The notes beneath the pieces were generated by a model. The model saw only the letters and a list, made by a program, of their open reading frames with translations. It made no database searches and was not told the origin of the DNA. Made by a program: the position numbers and the translations under genes. This document shows positions 51,839 to 62,012 of a stretch of DNA of 64,000 nt, one piece after another. The DNA comes from Candidatus Krumholzibacteriota bacterium (GTDB lineage Bacteria > Krumholzibacteriota > Krumholzibacteriia > JAJRXK01): positions 53,150 to 117,149 of the forward strand of contig CAWDWO010000007.1 in the NCBI GenBank assembly GCA_963806035.1, in the 5' to 3' direction. How positions within the stretch are numbered: the stretch's first letter is position 1; every line of letters starts with the position of its first letter.

Positions 51839-52150
51839 TCAACGAACGATAGCAAAGGGCTTGAACGCGACACTGCCCTCGGTTTCCACTTTCGCCAAAT
51901 ACATGCCGGCAGCGAGACCATCCAGCGGAATCTCGAACTCCAACTGACCCTCGGCCCTTCCCCCGCGAATCGTCCCTGTCTGCCGCACCATTTCCCCTTG
52001 GAGGTCGAAGATGGTCGAGCGCACCTGGGCCGAGCGGTGCAGCTGCACGCGTACGTGTACGCTGGGGCCATCCACCGGGTTGGGATAGAGGACGAGGTCC
52101 TTGTCGGTGAAGGCCTCGCCTGCGCCGGAGTTCGCGCTCTTGCTCGAATC
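51839..52150 (-). other. C-terminal fragment of a secreted protein (T9SS/FlgD-type CTD) cut at the chimeric junction
   Basis: LVLYPNPVDG...IFDLQGEMVR...LDGLAAGMYLAKV...FAIVR*; no start or signal peptide of its own. Confidence 0.85.
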
Positions 52151-53550
52151 GTGGAACCCCTCGCCGCGCGCCGCCGGGGCGACCCTCAGCTTGACGTCGG
52201 CGAACTGGCCGGCGCCGCCCGACTGCTTCTTGTGGCGGGTACTCCACGCTCCGACCGGCTTGGTGATCGTCTCGCGCAGCGGCGGCGTGACCGGCTTCTC
52301 CACCGTCTCGACGCCGAATGCCTCTGCGATGGTCTCGCGCGCCCGGCGCAGATGCAGCGCGCCCTGCCCGGCCAGAACGTGCGCGCCGGACTCGCTGTCG
52401 TGCCCGGCCGTCAGCGACGGGTCCTCGCGGACGATCTTGCCGATCGCCTCGCTAAGCTTGGCGTCGTCCTTCTCGTGCGCCGGCGCGATGCCGTGCGCAG
52501 CAGCGGCGCCAGCGGCCGGTACCAGCCGGGCGCCGGCAACCCGTCGGCGGCATAAAGCCGGCCACCCTCGAGATGGTCCGATTTGATCGCGCTGAAGACT
52601 GGCCGGGCGCCACGCCTGCGCCTGCTCGAACTTGTCGCCCTGGACGACGCGAGGGGCCCCAGCGCGCCGCCGCCCAGCCGTCGCCGCTCTTAGCTCCGCA
52701 AAGGCGCGCAGATACACGTCTTGCCGACATGCTTGCGGTGGCGCGCCAGGAAGCTCGCCGCCTGGGCCGCCCCGCCGTCGAGACGAGCGGGTCCGCAGCA
52801 AATCGATCCCCGGCGCCTCGTGGCGCAGCGCCTTCATCAGCCGGGTGACGCCGTTCGGTGCTCGGCCGAGCCGATGAAGGCCTCGACGACCCGGCCCTCG
52901 GCGAGCACCCGCCGCAGATGCCATAGACGGCGCCGGTGGCCGGCGAGCGGTCCTCGATAAGTTCCTCCAGCAGCCAGTCGTCGTATTCGCACAGGCTCTC
53001 CAGGAGCTCGCCACGCCGTTCGTGCTCGTCGTCGATCATGCCGGCGGGGATCTCGATCAGTCGCACGGCTCGCCCTCGCGATATTCCAGGCCCGCTCGCA
53101 GAAGCGCCCACCGCGCCGACGATGTGCCCTCCTCGCGGATCGGCATCTGGCGCAGCACCAGCGGGTGGCGCGAATAGCCCTGCAGTGCTGCCACGATGTC
53201 GCGCGCCGGCGACTGCGCCTCGTCGACCCGGTTGATGAACAGCAGCGTCGGCACCTTCGCCTGCTCGGCCAGCCGGATGAACGGCGCGGCCAGCACGGCG
53301 TGATCAGGGTTCGGCGAGACGCAGATACGGCGACGTCGGCGACCAGAGCGCGTCCATCGCCTGCTGCAGGAACTCGAGCCGAGCCGGGACAGTCCAGCAC
53401 CGTCCAGCTGTCGCCCAGAAACCAGAACTCGGCGATGGCGATCTCGTGCGGCTGCGGGCGGCATCCGGCCGCCTTCCAGCGCCGCCAGCCGCGCCGCGAG
53501 CGTCGACTTTCCGACGCCGTTGGCGCCGACAATCGCCACGATTTCGACAT
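52151..53550 (-). CDS. Elongation factor G-like protein (alphaproteobacterial paralogue), frameshifted and truncated in domain IV
   Basis: GGAGG RBS; VAIVGANGVGKSTL, LDCPGS, FINRVD, LCEYDDWLLEELIED, GQGALHLRR, LRETITK....RHKKQSGGAGQFADV. Confidence 0.85.
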
Positions 53551-53759
53551 CTTGTCCTCCGGTCCGGGCGCTCTTGCGGCGCGATGAGAAATGTCATGCA
53601 GCCTACACCGAATTGTCGGACGGAAACCGGGCCCAGGGAGCCATGATGGCCCCATATGGCGCCATAGGTCGACGCAGGCGGCCGAGTTGCACGGCGCCTG
53701 CGGCATCCTATATCTTCGGGTGACGCGCCGCCTCGGCCCCCGACCGGAGAGACGACCAC

Positions 53760-54098
53760 ATGCAGACCCGCTCGAAGTTCTTCGACGACATCGGCCAGCT
53801 CATGACCAACGCCGCCGGCGTCGCTCAAGGCGCGCGCACCGAGGCCGAGACCGCCATCCGCGGCTGGTTCGAGCGCTTTCTCGCCAATAGGAACATGGTG
53901 ACGCGCGAGGAGTTCGAGGCCGTGCGCGAGATGGCCATCAAGGCGCGCGAGGAAAACGAGCGCCTCGCCGCCCGCATCCACGAGCTCGAGGCCAGGCATT
54001 CCGGCGGCCTGAGACGCGCCCCCCGTGGCGCCCAGGACGGCGCGGTCCCCCCGACCCCCAACCCCCCCGAAGCGGGCGGCCGGAGCCGAACCGGGTAA
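53760..54098 (+). CDS. Accessory factor UbiK (BMFP) family protein
   Basis: MQTRSKFFDDIGQLMTNAAGVAQG...MVTREEFEAVREMAIKAREENERL..RI..LEA. Confidence 0.9.
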   Translation: MQTRSKFFDDIGQLMTNAAGVAQGARTEAETAIRGWFERFLANRNMVTREEFEAVREMAIKAREENERLAARIHELEARHSGGLRRAPRGAQDGAVPPTPNPPEAGGRSRTG

Positions 54099-54249
54099 AT
54101 TTTTCGCGACAGCCGCGAATTCGCTTTACAACGGCAGGGAACCTGCCACCATATCTTGCGGGCCAGGAGCAGTGGTCCACAATGGCAACCCAGGGTGACC
54201 CCGCGGGCGTCGTCGCACAGGTCGCCACGAATTGGGGGCGGTGAGGCAG

Positions 54250-54753
54250 ATGACAGCAGCCACCGAAGACGAATTCTTTCACGGAAATCCATCCGATCGA
54301 CATGGTCGAGACGCTCGCCGAGGAGTCGGAGTGGGAGTTCGACCGCATGGGCGAGAACCAGATCGCCATGGCGATCGAGGGCGCCTGGCGCGTCTATTCG
54401 CTCAACCTCGACTGGTCCAGCCATGACGACATGCTGCGGCTGATCTGCAGCTTCGAGCTGACCCCCCCGGAAGAGCGGATGGACGAGATGCTCGAGCTGG
54501 TAAATCTCGCCAACGACAAGATCTGGTGCGGCGGCTTCGTGCTCTGGCCCGAGCACAAGCTGATGGCCTTCCGCTACGGCCTGACGCTGGCCGGCGGCGC
54601 GACCGCAACCCCCGAGCAGATCGAGGCGATGGTGCTGACCGCCGTCGGCTATGCCGAGCGGTTCTACCCGGCGTTCCAGCTCGTCGGCTGGTCGAACCAG
54701 ACACCTGAGAGGCGCTGCGCGTCGCCATAGACGAGGCATACGGCACCGCCTGA
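54250..54753 (+). CDS. YbjN-domain protein (frameshifts near both ends)
   Basis: HPIDMVETLAE...WEFDR...QIAMAIEGAWRVYS...FRYGL...ERFYPAFQLV.W...EAYGTA*. Confidence 0.85.
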
Positions 54754-54869
54754 CAACTCGGCCTGCAATGACCTCGGCGGGCCGCTCCCGCGGCCTTCGC
54801 CTGCCCCTTGCACTTGTCCGCCGCTCGGCAACGAAGGCACCGGGCGATGCAGGCGCGGCGGGGGAGCCG

Positions 54870-55204
54870 ATGCCGGAGATCAGCTATGACCAGTTCGCCC
54901 GTCGACATCCGCGTCGGCACGGTCGCCGACGCTCAGCCGTTCCGGAGGCGCGCAGGCCAGCGGTGAAACTCTGGATCGATTTCGGGCCCGAGATCGGCAC
55001 CAGGAAAAGCTCGGCGCAGATCACCGGGCATTACGCGGTCGGGGACGCTGATCGACGCCAGGTGCTGGGGTGGTCAACTTCCCGCCCCGCCAGATCGGCC
55101 CCTTCATGTCCGAGGTGCTGACCCTCGGCGCCAGCGACGATCAGGGCCGCGTCGTCCTGCTCGCCCCCGACCACCCGGTCCCGAACGGCGCCCGGATGCA
55201 CTGA
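54870..55204 (+). CDS. csaA: CsaA-type tRNA-binding protein / chaperone, frameshifted
   Basis: ISYDQF..VDIRVGTV, PEARRPA.KLWIDFGPEIG.RKSSAQIT.HY, NFPPRQIGPFMSEVLTLG, VPNGARMH*. Confidence 0.88.
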
Positions 55205-55330
55205 GCCGCCGATAAGCCTGCCCGATCAGAACGGCGGTCGGCGCGGCGGCGTCACAGCGGCGTCGGCCGTGCCAGAACGACGGAGACCTGCCTGCCCCGT
55301 GCGGCCGCCGGCCGCCCGCACGGAACAAGC

Positions 55331-57133
55331 TCAGAGCCGGTCGAGCGTCGGCTCCTCCGGCCCGGCCAGGCATCGCGCCAAATGGTCATCGCGGCCTCCG
55401 CGCCCGCGGCGTCGCCGTGCGCCTCGCGCGCCTTGGCGAGCCCCCAATAGGCCCAGCCATTGTCCGGGCTCTCGACCAGCGTCGCGAAGAACTCCTGCTC
55501 GGCGCGCGCCGCCTGGCCGTCCTGCAGCAGCGCCGCGGCGAAGCTCTGGCGTGTTGGATAGTGACGAAACGGCTGTCGAGGTAGGGCAGCTGCGCCTGCA
55601 GCGCGGTCGCGCGCGCCCCGGTGGCCGATCGCCATCGCGCGATCGCCCCCGGCCATGGCCGCCCGCGCGAGCGCCGTCTCCTGCATGATGTCGACGAGCA
55701 TGGCGCCCGGCATCCACAGGATCGTCCGTGTCCCATGGTTCGCGGCGTCGAGCCCGGCCAGCGCCTCGGCCTCGGCGCGCGCCTCCGCCGGACGGCCGAG
55801 CCGCGCCGCCGCCTCGCCCCGGGCATAGCGCGAGGCCGCCTCGACATAGGCGGGCGCCGCCCCGGCGCGGCGCGGCCAGCACCCCTTCCAGCACCTCGGC
55901 GTCGCCGAACTGCAGCCTGGCGAACCAGGGCGCGGCCTTGATCAGCTGGATCCAGCCCTCGATCGCCGCCATGTCCATCGGCAGCAGCTCGTCAGCCCGT
56001 CGGCAGCCTCGATCACGGCGGCCCGTCGCCCGCCATCTGCGCCGACGTCAGCACGAATGCACGTTGTGCGGGTAGAGGCCATACCGGTAGAAGTCGCTGG
56101 CGGCATCGCCGGCCCGCGCGAGGTACGCCTCGTCAACCGCCACCGCGTCGATGTTGGCCGCCAGCGAATCGGCGAACCTGCCGAACGCGGAAATAGGTGT
56201 GCGCCGGCATGTGCCGAGGTGCCCCGCCCCGGGTGCCAGCCCCGCCAGGCGCTCGGCGCCGTCGACCGCCCGCCAGGGATCGTCGGAGGCCTCGGTCATG
56301 TGGATGTAGAGGTGGATGCCCAGCACGTGGTCCGGGTTGCGCGCCAGCACGGCCTCCAGCCGCTCGACCGCCTGGCCGGCATCGCCCTTGGGCGTGCGCC
56401 CGCCCGGCTCCCAATAGTCCCAGGGCTGGGCGTCCATGATCGCCTCGACGGCCAGCGCCTGGACCTGGTCGTTCTCCGGGAACCGGTCGGCGACCGCCTG
56501 CATCGCCTGCGAATAGGCCGCGTCGAGCGCCGCGCGGTCTGCCGCCGCGTCCTCGGAATAGCGGGTCTGGATCGCCTCGATCAGCGCCCGCTCGACCTCG
56601 CTCGCGTCCGCCGCCTTGTCGCGGGCCAGCCGCGCCGTCTCAATGGCGCGGGCGTTGTTGGCCGGGTCCATCGCGTCGTTGATGTTCGGGCCGAGCGCGT
56701 AGGCCTCGCCCCAGAAGCAGAGCGCGCAGTCCGGGTCCAGCGCCTGCGCCGCGCGAAAGGCGCGGATGCCCTCGGCGTGGTTGAAGCCGTCGATCAGGCC
56801 GACGCCCTGCCGGAAATACGGCCGGGCCGCGTCGTTCACCGTGGCCTCCAGCGCGCCCGAGCCGACGCCCTCCATCAGCGGCGGCGCGCCGCTGGCGCCA
56901 CCGGCGGTCTGCGCATAGGCGCGCGCCGCGGCGAGGAACAGCCCGCGCCGGGTGGGCCCACCCTCGGCGCGGGCGGTGCGGCAGATCTCGCGGCCGAGCG
57001 TCAGCGGGTCGAGCGGCGAGACGCCGCGCGCCGCTGTGTCCGGCGGCGCGTCCGAAGGCACGACGACCGAGATGCCGGGAACGGCAAGCAGCAGCGCGCA
57101 CACCGCGGCGCCGGCGAGAAGCCTGGATCGCAT
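55331..57133 (-). CDS. Secreted TPR-containing conserved protein, frameshifted
   Basis: Signal peptide; YFRQGV....GFNHAE.IRAF...DPDCALCFWGEAYALGPNIN; HLYIH..EAS; AGHL.HMPAHTY; C-terminal PDNGWAYWGL. Confidence 0.8.
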
Positions 57134-57266
57134 GATATTCCCCCGGGACCCGCTCCCTCGGGCCGCGCAGCGCCGCACGGGCCAGACGATCGCGCGCCCC
57201 CGGATGCTCTCACAACGGGCACGATGCTTCAACAGGCGCGCGGCGGGACGGACCCGCCGCAGCCGC

Positions 57267-59459
57267 TCACGCCTTGGACGCCGCATCAATCCTGGCGATC
57301 AGCGCGTCGGTTTCCGCGACCTTGTGGTCCAGCCCCATGCCGGCATACAGGTCGCGCGCCGTCGCCGCATGCTCGCCCGCCTCGGCGATCCGCCCCTGTT
57401 CCGCGCGCAGGATCGCAAGGTTGAAGCTTTTCGTCGCCATGCCGTCGCGCTGGCCAAGTGCCTCGTTGATCTCCAATCCTTTCATATACGCCTTGCCAGC
57501 ATCCTCCAGTCTGCCCTGTTTGCGGTAGAGGTTGCCGAGGTTGCCGTACTGGTTTGCCGAGACGCCGCGCAGGCCGAGCCGCTCGGTGATCTCCAGCGAC
57601 GCCTTGTATTCGGCTTCGGCCTCGTCAAATCGCTCCTGCCGCCTGAACAGGATGCCGAGATTGCCGTGCGTGTCGGCCATCCCCGGCTCGTCGCCAAGCT
57701 CCTTCTTGATCCGCAGCGACGCGCGATGCGCCTCCTCGGCCTCGGTGTATTTACCCTGATCCTTGTAGACGATCCCGAGGTTGCCGTGGGTATTCGCCTC
57801 AACGACACGGTCTTCGAGTTCTAGGGACAAGTTTAGGGCCTCCTTCAGCCTTGCCTCGGCGCCGTCGAGATCGCCGAGCACCCTCAGCCGGTGCCCGAGA
57901 TTGCCGAGGATCGCCGCCTCGCCCCGGCGATTGCCGAGGCGCCGCGCCGCCGGCAGCCCGGCCTCGAGCCAGCCGATCCACTGTCGCGGCGTCAGGCGCA
58001 GGTCGAGGATGCCATGGTTCGGCAAGCGCATGGCCAGATCGGCGGCGGTGTCGTCCTCGCCGGCGCGCCCGGCCGCCCAGTCTTGCGCCGCGGCGATCGT
58101 CGTTTGCTCCTGCTCGAACAGCCGCAGCCCGGCCAGATCGCCATCCTTGGTCTCGTATAGCTGATTCGCGGTCGCGAGCAGCTTCAGCGCCTGCTGCCCC
58201 CAGCGATGCCGGAAGCCCATGCGTACCTCCTGCGGCAGCGCTGAGAACCGTTCAACCGCCACGGCCTCTAGATAGTCGTGCAGCCGATAGCGCGGCCCGA
58301 ACTCCTCCGCGAACGGCGACTCGGCCGGGATCAGCAGGCTGCGGCCGGACATCCGCCCCAGCGCCAGCGCGCCCTGGGTCTCGTCCAGATCCCACAGCGC
58401 CCAGGCCGTTTTCGCATGGAAGCCGCTGGCGAACAGCGACAGCGCGGCATAGCGCGCGCCGTCGTCGCTCTCCAGCGCGTCGACCGAGACGCCGAGCCGG
58501 GCCTTGACCTTGTTGACATCGTCGATGGCGAGCGCGGCGCCGGCCTCCTCGAACCTCACCAGCCAGTCCGCCGCCGACAGCGCAGGGTTCCCGGCGATAA
58601 CGCCGGCCACGGTCTCGACGAGCAGCGGCAGCCCGAGAGAGACCGCGACAAGCCGCCCGACCTCGCCCTCCGTCAGCGGCCGTTCGAGGGGCTTCGTCAG
58701 CGACCGCGCCAGCTTCGCCGCCCGCTTGTCGTCAAGCCGGGCGACCTCGATGCTTCCGGCCTGCCCCGGGAGATTCATCGCGTTCCGGCTGGTGATCAGC
58801 ACGCGCGGCCCGTCGGCGCCGGGCAGCAGCGGGCGCACGTGGTCGGCATCCTTGGCGTTGTCGAGGATGACAAGCAGGTCCCTGCCGGCGGTCATCGCCC
58901 GCCACTTGTCGCTCAGTGCCGCGACCCACTGGTCCTGCGCCACCTCGTCCGGGCGCGGGCCGAAGGACGGCGCCCCCATCATCGAGGCGAGCCGCCGCAG
59001 CGCGTCCTCGTGCCCGACCGGCGCGCCCTCCTCGGCAAAGCCCATAAGGTCGATCATCAGCGCGCCGTGCCCGAACCGCCCCTTGGCGAGCATCGCCCAG
59101 GCGGCCACCACCGCCGCCTCGGTCTTGCCGATGCCGCCCATCCCGGCCAGCCCGACCAGCGAGGCCGACGCGCTCCGCTCCAGGGTCTCCATGATCCGCC
59201 GGATCAGCTTGACGTCGCCCTGATAATGCGCGGTCGGCCGTGGCAGGGTGTTGACCGGGCGCTCCTCGACCTTGCCCGCATCGACAACGACGACCTCTTG
59301 CGGCCTGCTTGTAAATGCCGAAATACCGGAGCGCGCGCCAGGAGAGCCAGGCGCGCCACCGAGGATCAAGACCACGAGAATGCCGGCGACCACATTGGCG
59401 ACGATGTCGGGCAGTTTCCGCCAGAAGACCTCCGGCATCAGCCCCTTCAACCACTCCAT
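57267..59459 (-). CDS. STAND NTPase: N-terminal TM + NB-ARC + C-terminal TPR array
   Basis: Walker A GMGGIGKT, Walker B LLVILDNA, sensor-1 VLITSR, GLPL, RLHD; TPRs with repeated A..GNLG..Y...G. Confidence 0.9.
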   Translation of the reverse strand: MEWLKGLMPEVFWRKLPDIVANVVAGILVVLILGGAPGSPGARSGISAFTSRPQEVVVVDAGKVEERPVNTLPRPTAHYQGDVKLIRRIMETLERSASASLVGLAGMGGIGKTEAAVVAAWAMLAKGRFGHGALMIDLMGFAEEGAPVGHEDALRRLASMMGAPSFGPRPDEVAQDQWVAALSDKWRAMTAGRDLLVILDNAKDADHVRPLLPGADGPRVLITSRNAMNLPGQAGSIEVARLDDKRAAKLARSLTKPLERPLTEGEVGRLVAVSLGLPLLVETVAGVIAGNPALSAADWLVRFEEAGAALAIDDVNKVKARLGVSVDALESDDGARYAALSLFASGFHAKTAWALWDLDETQGALALGRMSGRSLLIPAESPFAEEFGPRYRLHDYLEAVAVERFSALPQEVRMGFRHRWGQQALKLLATANQLYETKDGDLAGLRLFEQEQTTIAAAQDWAAGRAGEDDTAADLAMRLPNHGILDLRLTPRQWIGWLEAGLPAARRLGNRRGEAAILGNLGHRLRVLGDLDGAEARLKEALNLSLELEDRVVEANTHGNLGIVYKDQGKYTEAEEAHRASLRIKKELGDEPGMADTHGNLGILFRRQERFDEAEAEYKASLEITERLGLRGVSANQYGNLGNLYRKQGRLEDAGKAYMKGLEINEALGQRDGMATKSFNLAILRAEQGRIAEAGEHAATARDLYAGMGLDHKVAETDALIARIDAASKA

Positions 59460-59512
59460 GCTGCCGGCCCCCGGTCACGACGGCGAACACTACCGGAGGG
59501 GGCAGCCGAAGC

Positions 59513-60850
59513 CTACCGCGGCACCAGCAGGGTGGCGCGCAGGCCGCCGAGGCGGGGGCTGGCGTCGAGCTTCAGGCTGCCGCCGTGGCTGCGGGCGATG
59601 TCGAGCGCGATCGAGAGCCCGAGGCCGGTGCCGGAGATGTCCTGGTTGCGCGCCTCGTCCAGCCGGGTGAAGGGCTTCAGCACCTCGTCGCGCTTGTCCT
59701 CGGGTATGCCGGGGCCGTCGTCCTCGACGACGAACTCGGCAAAGCGCCGGGTCAGCCGCACCGACAGCGCCACGCGCACGGCATAGGCGGCGGCGTTCTC
59801 GACCAGGTTGACGAGGCCCCGCTTCAGCGCCGGGCGGCGCATCTCGACCAGCGGCTCGTCCGGCGTCTCGAGCTGGGCGAAGACCTGCACGCTGGCGCCC
59901 TGCCGGCGGGCGTCGGCCGCCACCTCCTCGGCCAGCTCGACCGGCGAGGCCGGCGCCTGCGCCTCGCCGCCCTCGCCGCGGGCAAAGGCCAGGAAGGCCG
60001 ACAGCATGTGCTCCATCTCGGCGATGTCGCGGGCGATCTCGGCGGTCTCGGGCGTCTCGTCGGCGACCGCCAGCGCCAGCTTCATGCGCGTCAGCGGCGT
60101 GCGCAGGTCGTGGCTGACGCCGGACAGCATGCGCGTGCGCTGATCGACATGGCGCTCGATGTGCGCCCGCATCTCGAGGAACGCGGCGCCCGCCCGGCGG
60201 ACCTCCTCTGCGCCCGCCGGCCGGAAGTGCAGCGCGCGCCCGCGCCCGAAGGCTTGCGCGGCGCGGGCCAGCTCGCGGATCGGCCGCACCTGGTTGCGCA
60301 GAAAGGCGAGGGCGATTGCCGTCAGGAAGAGCGCGGTGGCCGAGCTCCAGACCAGCAGCAGGTGCGGGTTGGCAGCGTTCATCCGGCGGCGCGGGACCAG
60401 CACGCTCAGCGCCCCCTTCGTGGTGGCGATGCTGGCGTCGACATGCTTGTCGTAGCTGACGAGATCGACCGCCAGCGGTCGGCGGATGGCCTGCCGCAGG
60501 GTCGCCGCGACGACGCCGCCGGTGACGTCGAAAAGCGCGATGCGCGTCGCCGGCTCGACCTCGGCGCCCTCGTCCAGCACCAGCTCGAAGCCGAGCGGCC
60601 CCGACATGCGCGCCAGCGCGCGCCGGGCCATGGCGACGTCGGGCGCCTCGTCGACCGCCGAGATGGCAAAGTTCAACTCTCGCGCGATCGAGCCCGCCAT
60701 CTGCTCGGTCACCGAGTTGTAGTGGCGCTGGATGAAGACCAGGGCCACCACGCCCTGCAGGGCCATGATTGGCAGCACCAGGATCAGCACCGCCCGGCCG
60801 AACAGGCTCCTCGGCATGTAGCGCTTGAGGAAGACGAAAGGGCTCTGCAT
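59513..60850 (-). CDS. EnvZ-like sensor histidine kinase (HAMP, HisKA, HATPase)
   Basis: PRSLFGRAVLIL, RNQVRPI, LSGVSHDLRTPLTRMKL, NLVENA, VEDDGPGIP, GTGLGLSIA. Confidence 0.94.
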   Translation of the reverse strand: MQSPFVFLKRYMPRSLFGRAVLILVLPIMALQGVVALVFIQRHYNSVTEQMAGSIARELNFAISAVDEAPDVAMARRALARMSGPLGFELVLDEGAEVEPATRIALFDVTGGVVAATLRQAIRRPLAVDLVSYDKHVDASIATTKGALSVLVPRRRMNAANPHLLLVWSSATALFLTAIALAFLRNQVRPIRELARAAQAFGRGRALHFRPAGAEEVRRAGAAFLEMRAHIERHVDQRTRMLSGVSHDLRTPLTRMKLALAVADETPETAEIARDIAEMEHMLSAFLAFARGEGGEAQAPASPVELAEEVAADARRQGASVQVFAQLETPDEPLVEMRRPALKRGLVNLVENAAAYAVRVALSVRLTRRFAEFVVEDDGPGIPEDKRDEVLKPFTRLDEARNQDISGTGLGLSIALDIARSHGGSLKLDASPRLGGLRATLLVPR

Positions 60851-60954
60851 GAAGAGGGGATAGGGCCGCGCCCGGCCCGCGACAAGCCCGCGACATCGCC
60901 GCCCCGGGGGCCGCCCGACAGCCACGTCTGGACCCCGCAGCAAGGCCACCGCCG

Positions 60955-61929
60955 ATGGACCCGTTCGACCGCGACCCGACCGCGCACTATGGCACCGCAG
61001 AGGCGGTCGCGCCGGGCGTCCGCCGGATCACGGCGCAGAACCCGTCGCCCTTCACCTTCACCGGCACGCGCAGCTATCTGGTCGGCGGCGGCGGGGGTTC
61101 AGGCGGCAGGGGCGGCAGGGGCGGCAGCGCGGGCGAGGTGGCGCTGATCGACCCGGGGCCCGACGATCCGGCGCATGTCGCCGCCATCCTGGGCGCACTC
61201 GGGCCCGGCGAGCGGATCGCGCAGGTTCTGGTCACGCACAGCCACCGCGACCACAGCGGCGCCGTGCCGGCGATCGTCGCCGCGACCGGGGCGAAGGTCG
61301 CCGCCTTCGGCCCGCACGGCGCAGGTATCTCGGAGACGATGCGCCGGCTGGCGGAGACGGGGGCGGGGCTCGGCGGCGGCGAGGGCGGCGATGCCGGTTT
61401 CGCGCCAGACCATGCGCTGGCCGACGGCGACGCGGTGGATGGGCCGGGCTGGCGCCTGGTCGCCCTGCACACGCCGGGGCATCTGTCGAACCATCTGTCC
61501 TTTGCGCTCGAGAGCGGCGAGACGACGGGCATCGTCTTCACCGGCGACGCGGTGATGGGCTTCGCCACGACGCTGGTCTCGCCGCCCGAGGGCGACATGG
61601 CGGCCTTCATGGCCTCGCTGGAGCGGCTGCAGGCCCGCGACGACCGGCTCTATCTGCCGGGGCACGGCCATCCCGTGCGCGACCCGCAGGCGATGCTGGC
61701 CTGGCAGATCCGGCACCGGCAGCAGCGCTTCGACCAGATCCTGGCGGTGCTCGGACGCCGGCCGTCGGATGCCGCCGGCCTCGCCCGGGCGATCTACACG
61801 GATGTCGACCCGGCGCTTTTGCCGGCCGCCGCGCGCAACGTGCTGGCCAGCCTGATCGGCCTTGCCGACCAGGGCCGCGTCGCCTGCGACGGTCCGATCG
61901 GCGCCGACGCGGTGTTCAGGCTCGCGTGA
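60955..61929 (+). CDS. MBL-fold metallo-hydrolase (LACTB2-like)
   Basis: NPSPFTFTGT.SY, IDPGP, THSHRDH, HTPGH.SNH, TGD, LPGHG. Confidence 0.92.
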   Translation: MDPFDRDPTAHYGTAEAVAPGVRRITAQNPSPFTFTGTRSYLVGGGGGSGGRGGRGGSAGEVALIDPGPDDPAHVAAILGALGPGERIAQVLVTHSHRDHSGAVPAIVAATGAKVAAFGPHGAGISETMRRLAETGAGLGGGEGGDAGFAPDHALADGDAVDGPGWRLVALHTPGHLSNHLSFALESGETTGIVFTGDAVMGFATTLVSPPEGDMAAFMASLERLQARDDRLYLPGHGHPVRDPQAMLAWQIRHRQQRFDQILAVLGRRPSDAAGLARAIYTDVDPALLPAAARNVLASLIGLADQGRVACDGPIGADAVFRLA

Positions 61930-62012
61930 TCTCCGGCCGCGGGGCTGGACGACCGCGCCTGCCGCACATAGGTCAACCACCGGATCAGGATTCCGCACGG
62001 AGAGATCGAACC

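Noticed and set aside
51839..53014. Novel secreted EF-G::CTD fusion protein
   Set aside because: It coincides with the composition and taxonomy switch, both parents are truncated and there is no signal peptide; best explained as a chimera.
61083..61135. G-rich short repeats (GGGGGSGGRGGRGGSAG loop in the MBL hydrolase; similar GGCAGAGGCGGC repeats at ~62921-62957)
   Set aside because: Low-complexity slippage in very GC-rich, error-prone sequence; no evidence of function.
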